Assembly (NCBI RefSeq): GCF_006345805.1
Contig: NC_043000.1
Coordinates: 31,186,001-31,250,000, forward strand
DNA: 64,000 bases
DNA from: Octopus sinensis
Taxonomy: Eukaryota
Reading direction: 5' to 3'
In this document: positions 12,300 through 24,299 of the stretch, piece by piece
Layout: every line of letters starts with the position of its first letter
How positions within the stretch are numbered: position 1 is the stretch's first letter
The notes under the pieces: generated by a model
The model's input: the letters and a program-made list of their open reading frames with translations, nothing else
What the model was told of the DNA's origin: nothing
Database searches by the model: none
Position numbers and translations under genes: made by a program

Positions 12300-12884
12300 G
12301 TAAGTATTCAGTCCTCTCTTATGTGTTGTTGTGTGATTCACCTGGCTTCCCTCGTCCATACAACAAGAAACCACCAATCTATGGCAAAGTACAACTCATT
12401 GCTGTAAACAGCATCACCATTGGCTAACTGATGAGTGCTTCTCCAACCTGCTTTGTTGAGTTTAAGATTGGAGCCTGGTGCAGCCATCTGGTTCGCCAGC
12501 CCTCAGTCAAAATCGTCCAACCCATGCTACCATGGAAAGCGGACGTTAAATGATGATGATGATGATGATGATCAACCTGCCTGGGACAGCTGTGGGTTTA
12601 ACAGATGGCTATCCTCTTTTAAAGCAATATCAATTGACATCTTCCATCAAAATTTCATGTTTATTTGTGTTCCAAACACCAAATTAATAGTGAGAAAGTT
12701 ATTTTAATAAATTTTTCATTATTTTCACAATTAATTAAAATAAAAGCAGTGTAACCCTAGGTCAACCAATACCTTGTGAGGGGACTTAGTAGATGGAAAC
12801 TGAGGAAGCCTGTTATGTGTGTGTGTTTGTTTGTTCCTTCATTATCACTTGATAACTGGTGGTGGTTTATTTATCATCATCATC

Positions 12885-13135
12885 ATCATCGTTTAACGTC
12901 TGCTTTCCATGCTAGCATGGGTTAGACGGTTTGACTGGGGTCTGGGAAGCCAGGAGGCTGCACCAGGCCCAGTCTGATCTGGCAGTGTTTCTACAGCTGG
13001 TTGCCCTTCCTAACGCCAACCACTCTGTGAGTGTAGTGGGTGCTTTTTATGTGCCAGGCGAGGCTGGCAACCGCTACAATCGGTTGGTGCTTTTTACGTG
13101 TCACTGGCACGGAGGCCAGTCGAGGTGGCACTGGT
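12885..13135 (-). mobile_element. RTE LINE 3' UTR fragment
   Basis: (CAT)n-cgtttaacgtctgctttccatgctagcatggg...ggatgcccttcctaacgccaacc family sequence. Confidence 0.8.
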
Positions 13136-14638
13136 TTATGTTGCAATAAATTGGCAGTTCAGCAATAGAGACTGATACAATAAGTACTAGACTTCAAAAT
13201 AACAACTGGGGTTGATTTTTTTGACTAAAAATCCCTTCAAGGTGGTGCCCCAACATGGCCACAGTTAAAAAAGAAAAAAGAATTTTTGCAGCCAGATAAT
13301 CAGATATGTTTGCATAAAAAAGAAAGAAAAAAAATCCCAACTTTTAGGCTGCTGATCCTGAGGTAACTCAGTGTTTCTTTATATAGAATTGCTCAAATCA
13401 AGGAAACACTACTGCGCCATGACCATCTCTCATCATGAATGGCACTCAACTGGAGTCTACACAACCACTCCAAATGCTGGGTCTCACTATCGTTTAAATT
13501 CTCTTCTCATGAAATCACATCGTTGGTATTGCTAGAGTTTCATCTTAAAGATTGACCCTTCTCTTTAGAGCCAGAAGATAATTCAGTTATCGACAGCAGT
13601 TGACAACTCTACAGAACTCAAGAATGGCCCACAACAGAAGACTGTTTCCATATCTGAGATGGAGCTGTTGTTACACACACACTTGACATCTTGAACATCA
13701 ACCAAATAAAGGTCACTCAGTTGAGTGGCATCACATCACCAATGGACCAAATTCTTGCTTCTGACCCACAGGCGTCCTGTCACTTCCTCTCTTTTTCTCA
13801 TCACCATCGTAATCATTATTATTTAATGTCTGTCTTCCCTACTGATATGGGATGGGCAATTTTCTCAGTTGCTACTATAATGGTTTCTGTTCCTTGGAGC
13901 TGGTTGGTCTTGAACTTCCACTATTCAGGTATCTTAAACCACTCATCACCATTGTTGCACTCTCACCCCCTTTCCTCACACTGTCCTCTATGTCCAACCC
14001 TTCTTCTCCAGAACATCTCTCCTTCTGGGATCTTCTTGTTGATGTCTTTCCTGCATGTGTTGACCCGAAGCAGCTTAATTTAAACTAATAACATCAATTC
14101 ACTCCAGTCTCAGAGGGACTGCAACAGCCATGGGCTCTTTTCCTTCTTTTATACTCAGCAAGTAAATAAAAAAAAAAAAGAATAAAAAGTTGTCATGGAT
14201 ATTTCATAGATTTATAAAGAAGAATCATTTTTAGAATTGTTGTTGATAACATTTGGCTAATACAGTTTTACTTCTATTTGGAATAAATTTTTCGTTTTAT
14301 AGCTGGTCATTTTTCATAAAATAACACAGCAGTTGCTGCAAAATTAATGGCAAGTTCCAAAAACGCAAATTTTAAGCTCTCTCTCTCTCTCTCTCTCTGT
14401 ACATATATATATCGTAAGTACAAAAAGAAAATCTTCCAATTTTATTGTAGATAAGAGACATTTGTAATTCTGATGTCAAGAGTAGTGAAAATCAAATTAT
14501 AAATGAAAACATTTATGTAAATAAATACAGCATTTGAAGCTATGCTGTAAATATCATCAACTTTGCGGAACCCACACAAACATTAGATAGAAATAAGTGT
14601 AAAACAAGATTTTTCAAAATATATTTTTTCCCCTGCAG

Positions 14639-14752
14639 CATTCCCAGTGGTGAAAACATGCCATTGGCCATGTTACAGGGAAAGGGAAAACCTGTAGAAA
14701 TTGCTAGAAACAAGGCTAAATGCTACGAGTCCCCGCAAGTAGCACTTGCCAG
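14639..14752 (+). CDS. Possible exon (114 nt, symmetric phase 2)
   Basis: Strong acceptor ttttttcccctgcAG and donor AG|GTAAAC. Open only in phase 2 (IPSGENMPLAMLQGKGKPVEIARNKAKCYESPQVALA); phase 0 gives HSQW-stop. Confidence 0.3.
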
Positions 14753-15589
14753 GTAAACTTAGAGATTGTTTTTCAACCACAGCTCATGGTTAATTTATCA
14801 TATATTTGTCACAAGTAAATATTTAGTTTTATTTTCTCAGTATTAACTTGATTTCAATTGGTTGTTTTGTTAGATGTATTCATATTTCGTACTGCACAGG
14901 TTTTATTTTTTTAAATATATTTCACTATTTTTTCCTTTTTATTTTGTTGCTAAAAATGTCATATTTTATTGAAAAATTCGATATTATATTCTCGAGTGGA
15001 CCACATTATTTTACAACATCTGAAATATCATTCCTTTCATATTTCCTTACAGAAGTTTCTTATTTAGGAATGTCTTTAAAAAAAATCTTCTTCGGGCACA
15101 ACGATGGTGGACAGCTTATTCTGTTTTTATGACTATGGAGATGAATCCATTGTCCTTTACGTACTTCAGCCATTCGATTGCAACCATGCTGGAGCACTGC
15201 CTTGAAATAGTTTAGTTGAACAAATTTACCCCAGTACTTAAGTCTGTTTCTTTTGTTGAAACATAAACAAACCAACACTGGTTGTCAAGGGGTGGTGAGG
15301 GACGATGGTCACTCATGGTCACAATTCACTTTTCTTCATCTAAACCCATGTCCACACTCGTCTAAGTTGCCATTGCTCCTCCTCCTCCTCTCCTACCCCC
15401 TCCACTGCTCTACTTATAACCCATATCAAACACACCATTGCGCCCACACACACCTACACTCCTTCCTATTCCATACACACTAGCACTCACATGCACACAC
15501 TCACACACACACACACACACACACACACATTCCTTCTCCTCCTCCACCCACACCTGCATTCACACTTCCACCTCCACACATAAATCATC

Positions 15590-16060
15590 GTTTCGTTTAA
15601 CGTCTGCCTTCCATGCTAGCATGGGTTGGATGATTTTGACTGAGGGCTAGCAAACCAGATGGCTGCACCAGGCTCCAATCTTAATCTGGCAGTGTTTCTA
15701 CAGCTGGGTGCCCTTCCTTATGCCAACCACTCCGAGAGTGTAGTGGGTGCTTTTTATGTGCCACCGGCATGGGGGCCAGTCAGGCGGTACTGGCAATGAC
15801 CTTGCTTGAATCTTTTTACACATGCCACCGGCACAGGTGCCAGTAAGGCGATGCTGGTAATGATCACGCTCGAAAGGTGCCCTTTTATGTGCCACAGGCA
15901 TATAACCAGTTGGCTGCTCTGGCAACGATCACGCTCGGATGGTGCTCTTGGCACCCTACTAGCACGGGCACAAGTGCCAGTAAGGTGATGCTGGTAACGA
16001 TCACACTGGAACGGTGCCTTTTATGTGCCACTAGCACGGATGCTGGTTAGCTGCTCTGTC
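15590..16060 (-). mobile_element. RTE LINE 3' UTR fragment with expanded sub-repeat array
   Basis: Family 3' end followed by about 5 imperfect units of roughly 60 bp (…gatcacgctcgaa…gtgcca…). Confidence 0.8.
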
Positions 16061-17662
16061 AACAGTAGTGAGCAAATAATCAAGCAACACCTACCTCCCT
16101 TGTCACCCCATACCCGCATCCTGACTTCTCCATTCATGTTGACCCACCCACATCCTCCTCCTCCTACAACATGCATGCGTGTCAGATCTCCTCGCATACA
16201 TATACACATACACAAGCACAGAGCATACACATAAACTTCATGCACTCATGCACACACTTTATCCAACTGCCCCACACACGTTCACACACCAGATGAAACA
16301 GGGACATACCCACTCGTTCACACACATAGAAGCATAAACACACATAACACCATACACACACACACACACACGTATGTCTGACTGCCTCTTACACTCACGC
16401 ATCTAAAAAAGGGTAGAAGAACACACATGCTACCCGCATAATATACACACACGTAGTAGCTTCTACATATACTTGCACGCACACACATATGCACATGTCT
16501 GATAACCTCACAATAGCTTCATAATTTCCACACATGCAATCACACAAATACACAGTACACATGCACACAATGCTTCACACACACACCCACACACGTGCGC
16601 GCACACACACACACATGCATGCTTATTTGCACACATGTACATGCATGCACTCATGCAAACACAAGCACATGCTCACCTAGTCTTCATCCTCATGTGCTTG
16701 CTTACACATGCATACACGCTTACCAATATATATATATACGCATGCAGACATTATCTTCACATGTGCACGCATGCACACTTTTGCCAGGTCACTGTTGTCT
16801 CTCCCTTGCCACCCACGCTGCCAGCCACTTCCTTCCTTCCAGTCAATCCGACATGTAGCACCATTTCTCTCTGTTTTGCTAGGTTCTTCTCTTTTGTCTA
16901 GTTGCCAGATCAGTCAAATCGTCCAACCCATGCTAGCATGGAAAGCGGACGTTAAATGATGATGATGATGATGTTGATGATGATGATTTACTTCACTTAT
17001 AAAGGGCATGAAATATTGCACTTTTCACACCTTATCTGTAATGTGAAACTATTCTGTTTTCTTAAGAAAATGTCACCGGTTTTGATGGTCCATTTTTGAA
17101 GAAAGACTTGCCTGAAAATGTTAATGGACTCATTTTCTCCACACAGCCTTGCAGTACATAACCTCGTTGCTGCAGATTGACCCCTTGACTTGTGAATATT
17201 GTTATGTAAATGACAGGCACCCTACCAGGAACAAGTGTGGCTGTGTGATAAGAAGTTTGTTTCCCAATCACATAGTTCTGGTTTCAATCCCACTGCTTGG
17301 CCCTTGGACAAGTATCTTCTATCTTAACCTTGGGTTGACCAAAGCCTTGTGAGTGGATTTGGTACATGGAAACTAGAAGAAGCCTATCATGTATATATGT
17401 GTGTGTGCGTGTATGTGTGTTTGTCCCCTACCACTACTTGACAACAGATGTTGGTTTGTTTACATCCCTGTAATTTAGTTATTCAGCAAAAAGCAATTAT
17501 AGAATAAGTTCTGGGCTTTATAAAAAAATAGTAAGTACTGGACTAGAAATTCTTCAAGGCAGTGCCCCAGCATGGCCATAGTCTAATGATTGAAACAAGT
17601 AAAATAAAAGATAATACCCACCACTTGCCACTCATGTCTTTTCTATTTTCTATGTGATACAG

Positions 17663-17786
17663 GAAGAAGAAACCCCATCGAAATATTCAACTTTACCCAT
17701 TATTATTGGGAAAAAACTGGCAGATTACAAGTCAGATGGTACCAGTAATACCCTAAACAAATATCTGTCTCATTCAACTAACAAAG
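17663..17786 (+). CDS. Possible ECT2 downstream exon
   Basis: Acceptor ttttctatgtgatacAG and donor AAG|GTCAGT. Phase 0 reading EEETPSKYSTLPIIIGKKLADYKSDGTSNTLNKYLSHSTNK is open. No recognised homology. Confidence 0.35.
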
Positions 17787-18299
17787 GTCAGTAAAGTAGC
17801 TCATGTTTTCTTGCTCTTATATTTGTTGTTATGCTTTATTATTTTTATGAGGAAAAATTGTATTTGTTGTTTGAATCTAGCCATGGTCATCCTCTCTTTT
17901 GTACAAATACATTGAGCTCTGTCACTCATACTTTGGAAAGGTTGGAGCAGGGTGGGGTGGGGTGGGGCTCTGATTTGAGGGAGATTTGGTTGCTATTTCT
18001 AGAAAGTTGGGAAACTACTAAAGGTCCTCATTTTTCACATTCATTGGAAGTATCTGTGTTTGTGGTGTTGTGGTGGTGGCTGTTTGTATTGATATCATCT
18101 GATATCCAGCATGTGTTTAAGAACACAAGACTCTGCTGCCATTAGAAAAAGAGGAAGTGCCTGATATGCAGAAAAGAAGTTGGTAAAGACTCCTTACCCT
18201 GTACACCCTACACAGTGGGTGTTGTGGGATCAGAGGCAGAATGACAAAGAATGTCGGCTTTATATGTGGTGGGTGTGTTCAAAAGGAGTTAACAGTAAG

Positions 18300-18698
18300 C
18301 ATCGCATTACTGGCACTCGAGCCCGTGCTAGTAGGGAATTAAGAGCACCATCCGAGCATGATCGTTGCCAGAGCAGCTATCTGGCCTCTGCCGGTGGCAC
18401 GTAAAAGACACCATTCGAGCGTGATCGTTACCAGCATCGCTTTACTGGCACCTGTGCCGGTGGCATGTGTAAAAGATTCGAGCGAGGTCGTTGCCAGGGC
18501 CACCTGACTGGCCCCATGCTGGTGGCACATAAAAGCACCCACTACACTCTCAGAGTGGTTGGCGTTAGGAAGGGCATCCAGCTGTAGAAACTCTGCCAGA
18601 TCAAGATTGAAGCCTGCTGCAGCCAGCTGATTCGCCAGCCCTCAGTCATATGTCCAACCCATGCTAGCATGGAAAGCAGATGTCAAACGATGATGATG
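18300..18698 (+). mobile_element. RTE LINE 3' UTR fragment
   Basis: Sub-repeats, family 3' end and (GAT)n tail. Confidence 0.8.
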
Positions 18699-19415
18699 AA
18701 ATGAATTTCTTCATTATACAGAAAATGGCTTCCTAGAAATTGACAACTTCTGCTACCTCGGCCGATTTAATTAGCAATAGAAGTGGGTGTTGTAAAAGTA
18801 TAGTAGCCAGATTAATTAATCAGCATTTGGTTTATTCCGTCTTATATAATGCTTATCTATTCACATTGTTTTGAATAAATTATGTTTTATCTTGGAGCTT
18901 TGAGATTTCAATGATACGAATGCTTATTTTTAGAATGACATTGTAGGGTAGGTGTGACAGGCCAAATGTGGACGGTTTGAACATAAAAAATGGGTTGAAT
19001 ATTTGGGCTGGTTGTAGCCAGTTTAAATGCTAAAGGGTTAAGGATGAGTTGGTGAAAAAGACTGCAATATATTACCTCTACAGGTAACCAAAAGGATTCT
19101 ACATCAGAGTAAAGGGCAGATTATATGATGGATATGTGTGAAATGTGATGCAGCATGGTAGTGGAATCTGGGCCTTGAACGTGGAAGATTTGTGAAGTGA
19201 AAGTGCTTTACTGGATGTGTAATGTTAGTATGCATGAAAGGCTGAGCACATGTTCTAGGAGAAAAGTTGATCACAAGAGGAATCAGATGTAGAACAGAAG
19301 ACTGTACTGGCATGGCTGGCATGTGACATGTCTAGGAAGAGAGTGAGGGAGAGAGAAAAGATGAAGTGATGACAATTGATCTCTTACAAAAGAGATGAAA
19401 AAGGGCTTGCAACAG

Positions 19416-19619
19416 TGTCCTCATCTTGTTTGTTGTTAACACAACATTTCGGCTGATGTACCCTCCAGCCTTCATCAGGTGTCTTGGGGAAATTTCGAAC
19501 CTAGGTTCTCATTCCTGAGGTATTTTTCGATATAATTATTATTCAGGTCACTGCCTGGAATCGAACTCAGAATCTCGAAGTTAGTAGCCCACACTCTTAA
19601 CCACTATGCCATATGCCCG
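19416..19619 (-). mobile_element. tRNA-derived SINE with a hammerhead-motif tail
   Basis: A box TGGCATAGTGG (19611-19601), B box GAGTTCGATTCC (19568-19557), AAT-rich linker, hammerhead motif at 19483-19438. Confidence 0.7.
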
Positions 19620-21127
19620 TGCTGAAGAAAACTCCACTTACTCATGCAAACACTGTTAAAATGGTGATGGATACTTTAGGACTTTTGCATCTTTACTGCA
19701 CTCCTTTGTTACCCTCATCCTCTCTTCTAGTCACTGTTCTATTTGTCTGTAATAGTAGATGTGATTGGCTTTGTCTGCTTTCCACCCAGACTCTCATGAT
19801 CACTCCAGCACTCTACCAATTACTCATCATCACTCTATTCCATTATGATGTCTGTGTAATAACGTATATTAATTTGATCTATCCTCTACATTGTTTCCCT
19901 TTCCAGCATCCCCCCCTCTTCCATGTTGCCCTTCATTGACATTCACCACACATACCACCACCTATCTTTGTTGCTCTGCTTCAGCCACCTTACCAACAGC
20001 CAACATATAACTATCATGGTCTCTCTTCCATTACTTCCTCTCTACCATTTTCTCCCTTGTTACTGCCCCCCCCCATGTCATGTTTATACGGATACTCTCT
20101 TTCTTTTTATCATCTCAGTCATCACTCTCTACTTTCTTTACCCTCTCACTCACATCTGGTCACTGTATTGCCAATATTTATCTCTTTGCAGCTACCATTG
20201 ATTCATTTTTCATTTTCTCTCATAAATGAGAATAGCCATGTGGGTCTTCTCCAAGAACTTGCTCTGTTTCACCCTCTTGTATCTTAATACTGATCTGTTA
20301 CCATGAAGCTGTATCCCCCCCCACTTCACTTGGCTGTCATAGTTTTGCAAGCAGCATGGTGACCTCACTGGTGCTGGTGGCATGAAAGAAGCACCTAGTT
20401 CACACTCTGTAAAGTGGTTGGCATTAGGAAGGGCGTCCAGCCCACACAAACCATGCCAAAGCAGACACTCAGACCTGATGTAGTTGTTGGGCCAGCTGGA
20501 TCCTGTTAAATGATAAAACTCACGGCAACATGCAACTTGGACGTTAAATGGTAATGATGATGATGATGATGATGATGGTTATATATGTGGTCCTTTGACT
20601 TGTCATGGAGAGCAGTAACTCCAGAAAAGAGCTTGCTTGGTCTATGAAGGTTTTTGTTAATCCATGTCAACATGGAAAGGGGATATAAAATGGTTGGAAT
20701 GATGATGATGTGTGTGGGTTGGTGAGCAAGATGGTTTTTGTCTGATATACAAAAATGCAGACAAGGTCATGTGGTTAGGAAGCTTGTTCCCAACCACAAA
20801 GTTTTGGGGACATTTCCACTGCACAATACCTTGGACAAGTGTATTCAGCTATAACCCTGAGTTGACCAAAACCTTGTGAAGGGATTTGGTAGATGGATAA
20901 TGAAAGGAACCTTATATATATATATATTTTTTTTTTCTTTACTACCCACAAGGGACTAAACATAGAAGGGACAAACAAGGTCAGACAAAGGGATTAGGTT
21001 GATTACATCGACCTCAGTGCGAAACTGATACTTTATTTATTGACCCCGAAAGGATGAAAAGCAAAGTCGACCTCGGTGGAATTTGAACTCAGAACATAGC
21101 GATGGGTGAAATACCGCTTAGCATTTC

Positions 21128-21173
<46 letters not shown>

Positions 21174-21907
21174 CATACATCTGTGTGCCTGTACATTTGT
21201 GTTTCTCCAGAAATCTCTTGGCTACTAGCCAGAGATGTTGTTTCTCCTGTCAATGGCTTTGTGCCTTCAAAGCTGTTTCGGTTAAGGTATTCCTTACTTG
21301 AAAAAACAAGTAACAATTAGCAACTGGTAGGGTATCCAACTGTAAAATAATGTCTCAGTAGTATTCATCTAACCCATACTAGCATGGGAAAACAGAAGTA
21401 AAAGCAGTGTGGACGAATGAGACAGTGGGCATTTGACCCTTTGTTTGTTGATTATCATTGTTTTTGTGTCCACTTTCCCATGCACTCCTATGGCCAAACA
21501 TGTTATGGACAACGCCAAATGAATGGCATCCTTTGTATGATGGTGATTTACCCATTTACAGCTATCGCTAGAAATCAAAGCAAGGAGACACACACGCACA
21601 CATACACATGTGTGTTGGTGTCTTTCTGTTTCTGTCTCCCTGTTCCGCTAAAAGGCTTTCCTTGACCCAGGGCTATAGTAGAAGACACATGCTCAAGGTG
21701 GTGTGCAATGGGATTGAACCTGAAACTATGTGGCTGAGAAGTGAACTTCACACAGCCATGCTGTGTTATACAATGTGTGTGTGTGGGTGGGTGTTTGACC
21801 TGATGTTTATATGTAATACAGAGTAAAGTGAAAGTAGCTTAAGGTTGTTGAGATTATGAATAATGGTGTATTATATGGGTGGGCAGTATGGTATGTTAGG
21901 AAGGTAT

Positions 21908-22240
21908 CTCATCATCATTATCGTTTAATGTCCGCTTTCCATGCTAGCATGGGTTGGACGATTTTGACTGAGGGCTGGCGAACCAGATGGCTGCACCAGG
22001 CTCCAATCTTGATCTAGCAGAGTTTCTACAGCTGGATGCCCTTCCTAACGTCAACCACTCCGAGAGTGTAGTGGGTGCTTTTACGTGCCACCAGCACAAG
22101 GGCCAGTTAAGTGGTACTGGTAACGGCCATGAAAAAATCGTGTTTTTCTTTTACATGCCACCTGCTCACCGGCACAAGAACCAGTAAGGTGGCGCTGGTA
22201 ACAATCACGCTCGAATGGTGCTTTTTACGTGTCACCGGCA
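21908..22240 (-). mobile_element. RTE LINE 3' UTR fragment
   Basis: Family 3' end with 2-3 sub-repeats. Confidence 0.8.
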
Positions 22241-23504
22241 TGAAATATATATATATATGTATATACATGTATGTATATGCAGTTTTGTCACCAATCTCAG
22301 GCTATTATCACAGTTATATACTCAGGTTTCAAAGTAAAATGTTACTGTGTGTATTGGGTGTTGGTAAAGTGTGTGTGTCTGAGTGGATGTGTGTAGGAAG
22401 ACTGTGATTATATTTAAGCTTGGAAGAAATGTGTTTGCATACACTTACACTTGCATATATGCTTGTGCACACACACACACACACGATGCTTATATACATA
22501 TATTAGAGAAGGAAATGCCTATTGTGGTACTTGATGTGTCCTTCAGGTGTTAAAGAGATACAGAAGGAATTAGCTTGAATGAGAGCCTGATGAGAAAGAG
22601 AGAGAGAGAGAGAGAAAGAAGGAGGGAGTGTGAGAGAGAGAGAGAAAACTAGAGGGAATATGTATCGTATCATAGCATGTATTTAATATCTATATTGTAG
22701 AACCAAACAAACATTGCTGTCTTGTCTGTATTGACAACAATTGGCATGTCTGTGTTAATCTCCTCGGTGAAAGCCTGCCTTTTACTGTGAGTGAATATCA
22801 GTAAAGTACTACAGAAACTACCACACTGTCTGTACACCAGTTGCTGTTGATGGCAACTTCCCAGCTCTTGTTTCCTTGCTAGCAAATCTTTTCCTAACTG
22901 ATCCATTAACTAGTTTTTCATCAATGGAAAAAAATCACTTGAAGCATCCATACACAACATGGTAATGTAGCCACCTCGCAAACCCACCCTCTGGCAGCCA
23001 CCCAAGCTTTTCTTTTTGATTGGCAGTTTTTCAACCACCCTTATTACAGAAGCTCTGTGGTGGAAAAAAAAAAGAAACAAACAAACAACAGCAGCAACAA
23101 GAACAACAAATAATAATAATAATTATAATAAAAGGAGAAATATCATGATTTCCCCTGGTTCACGTACCATTACTTTATTATTATTATTATCATTCCGTAA
23201 TACCTCACCTATCATTTGTGATATTTTTCATTTGCTATCATTAGAATACTTGCTGTGAATTAATTTACTTTCTCCTTCTTCTAGAATCACTGAAAGATTT
23301 ATTTCTGCTGTTGATTTTTCAAACACAAATATAACTTGTATGTAAAGATATGAACTCCTAAGATTTTAACAACTTAATCTTTCAGCGCAGCTTTTGCTTT
23401 TATCTCTTCCCTTACTTTGGTTTTTACATCCAGTTTTTTTATTCATTTATTTTCTTGCCAAATAAACATGCTCACTATATATTTTTTGCGTGTCTGTATA
23501 TGTC

Positions 23505-24285
23505 ATCATCATCATCGTCGTTTAACGTCCGCTTTCCATGCTAGCATGGGTTGGACAGGTTGAGTGTGGGCTGGCGAACCAGATGGCTGCACCAGGCTCC
23601 AATCTTGATCTGGCAGAGTTTCTACAGCTGGATGCCCTGCCTAACACCAACCACTCCAAGAGTGTAGTGGGTGCTTTTATGTGCCACCGGGACAGGGCCA
23701 GTCAGGCGGTACTGGCAACAACCTTGCTCGAATCTTTTACACATGCCAATGGCACAGGTGCCGGTAAAGCGATGCTGGTAACAATCCTGCTCGAATGGTG
23801 CCTCCTACATGCCACCGGCATGGAGGCCAGATAGCCGCTCTTGCAACGATCACGTTCGGATGGTGCTCTTAGCACCCTACTATCATGGGGCACAAGTGCC
23901 AGTAAGGCGAAGCTGGCAATGATCACACTCGAATGGTGCCTTTTATGTTCCACTGGCATGGAAGCCGGTTAGCCGCTCTGTCAACGATTACACTCGTATG
24001 GTGCTCGTGCCTGTCATCGAATTTCACTTTGATTTTGATTTCGATTTCACTTGCCTCAACAGGTCTTCGTAAGCAGAGATTAGTGTCCAAAGAAGGAAAA
24101 GGCATGCACAAGTGGGTTGGTTACGCCCCTGGCACAGGCCACGCAGTTATTATCTTATTTGGCTTGCCGGGTCTTCTCAAGCACAGCATATTTCCAATGG
24201 TCTCAGTCACTAGTCATTTCCGTGGTGAGGCCTAAAGTTCAAAGGTCATGCTTCACCACTTTATCCCAGGTCTTCCTAGGTCTAT
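23505..24285 (-). mobile_element. RTE LINE 3' fragment including the ORF C-terminus
   Basis: Minus strand of 24170-24285 encodes RPRKTWDKVVKHDL*TLGLTTEMTSD*DHWKYAVLEKTRQA (RTE C-terminus), followed by a long 3' UTR with sub-repeats and tail. Confidence 0.85.
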
Positions 24286-24299
24286 ACACATACATATTT

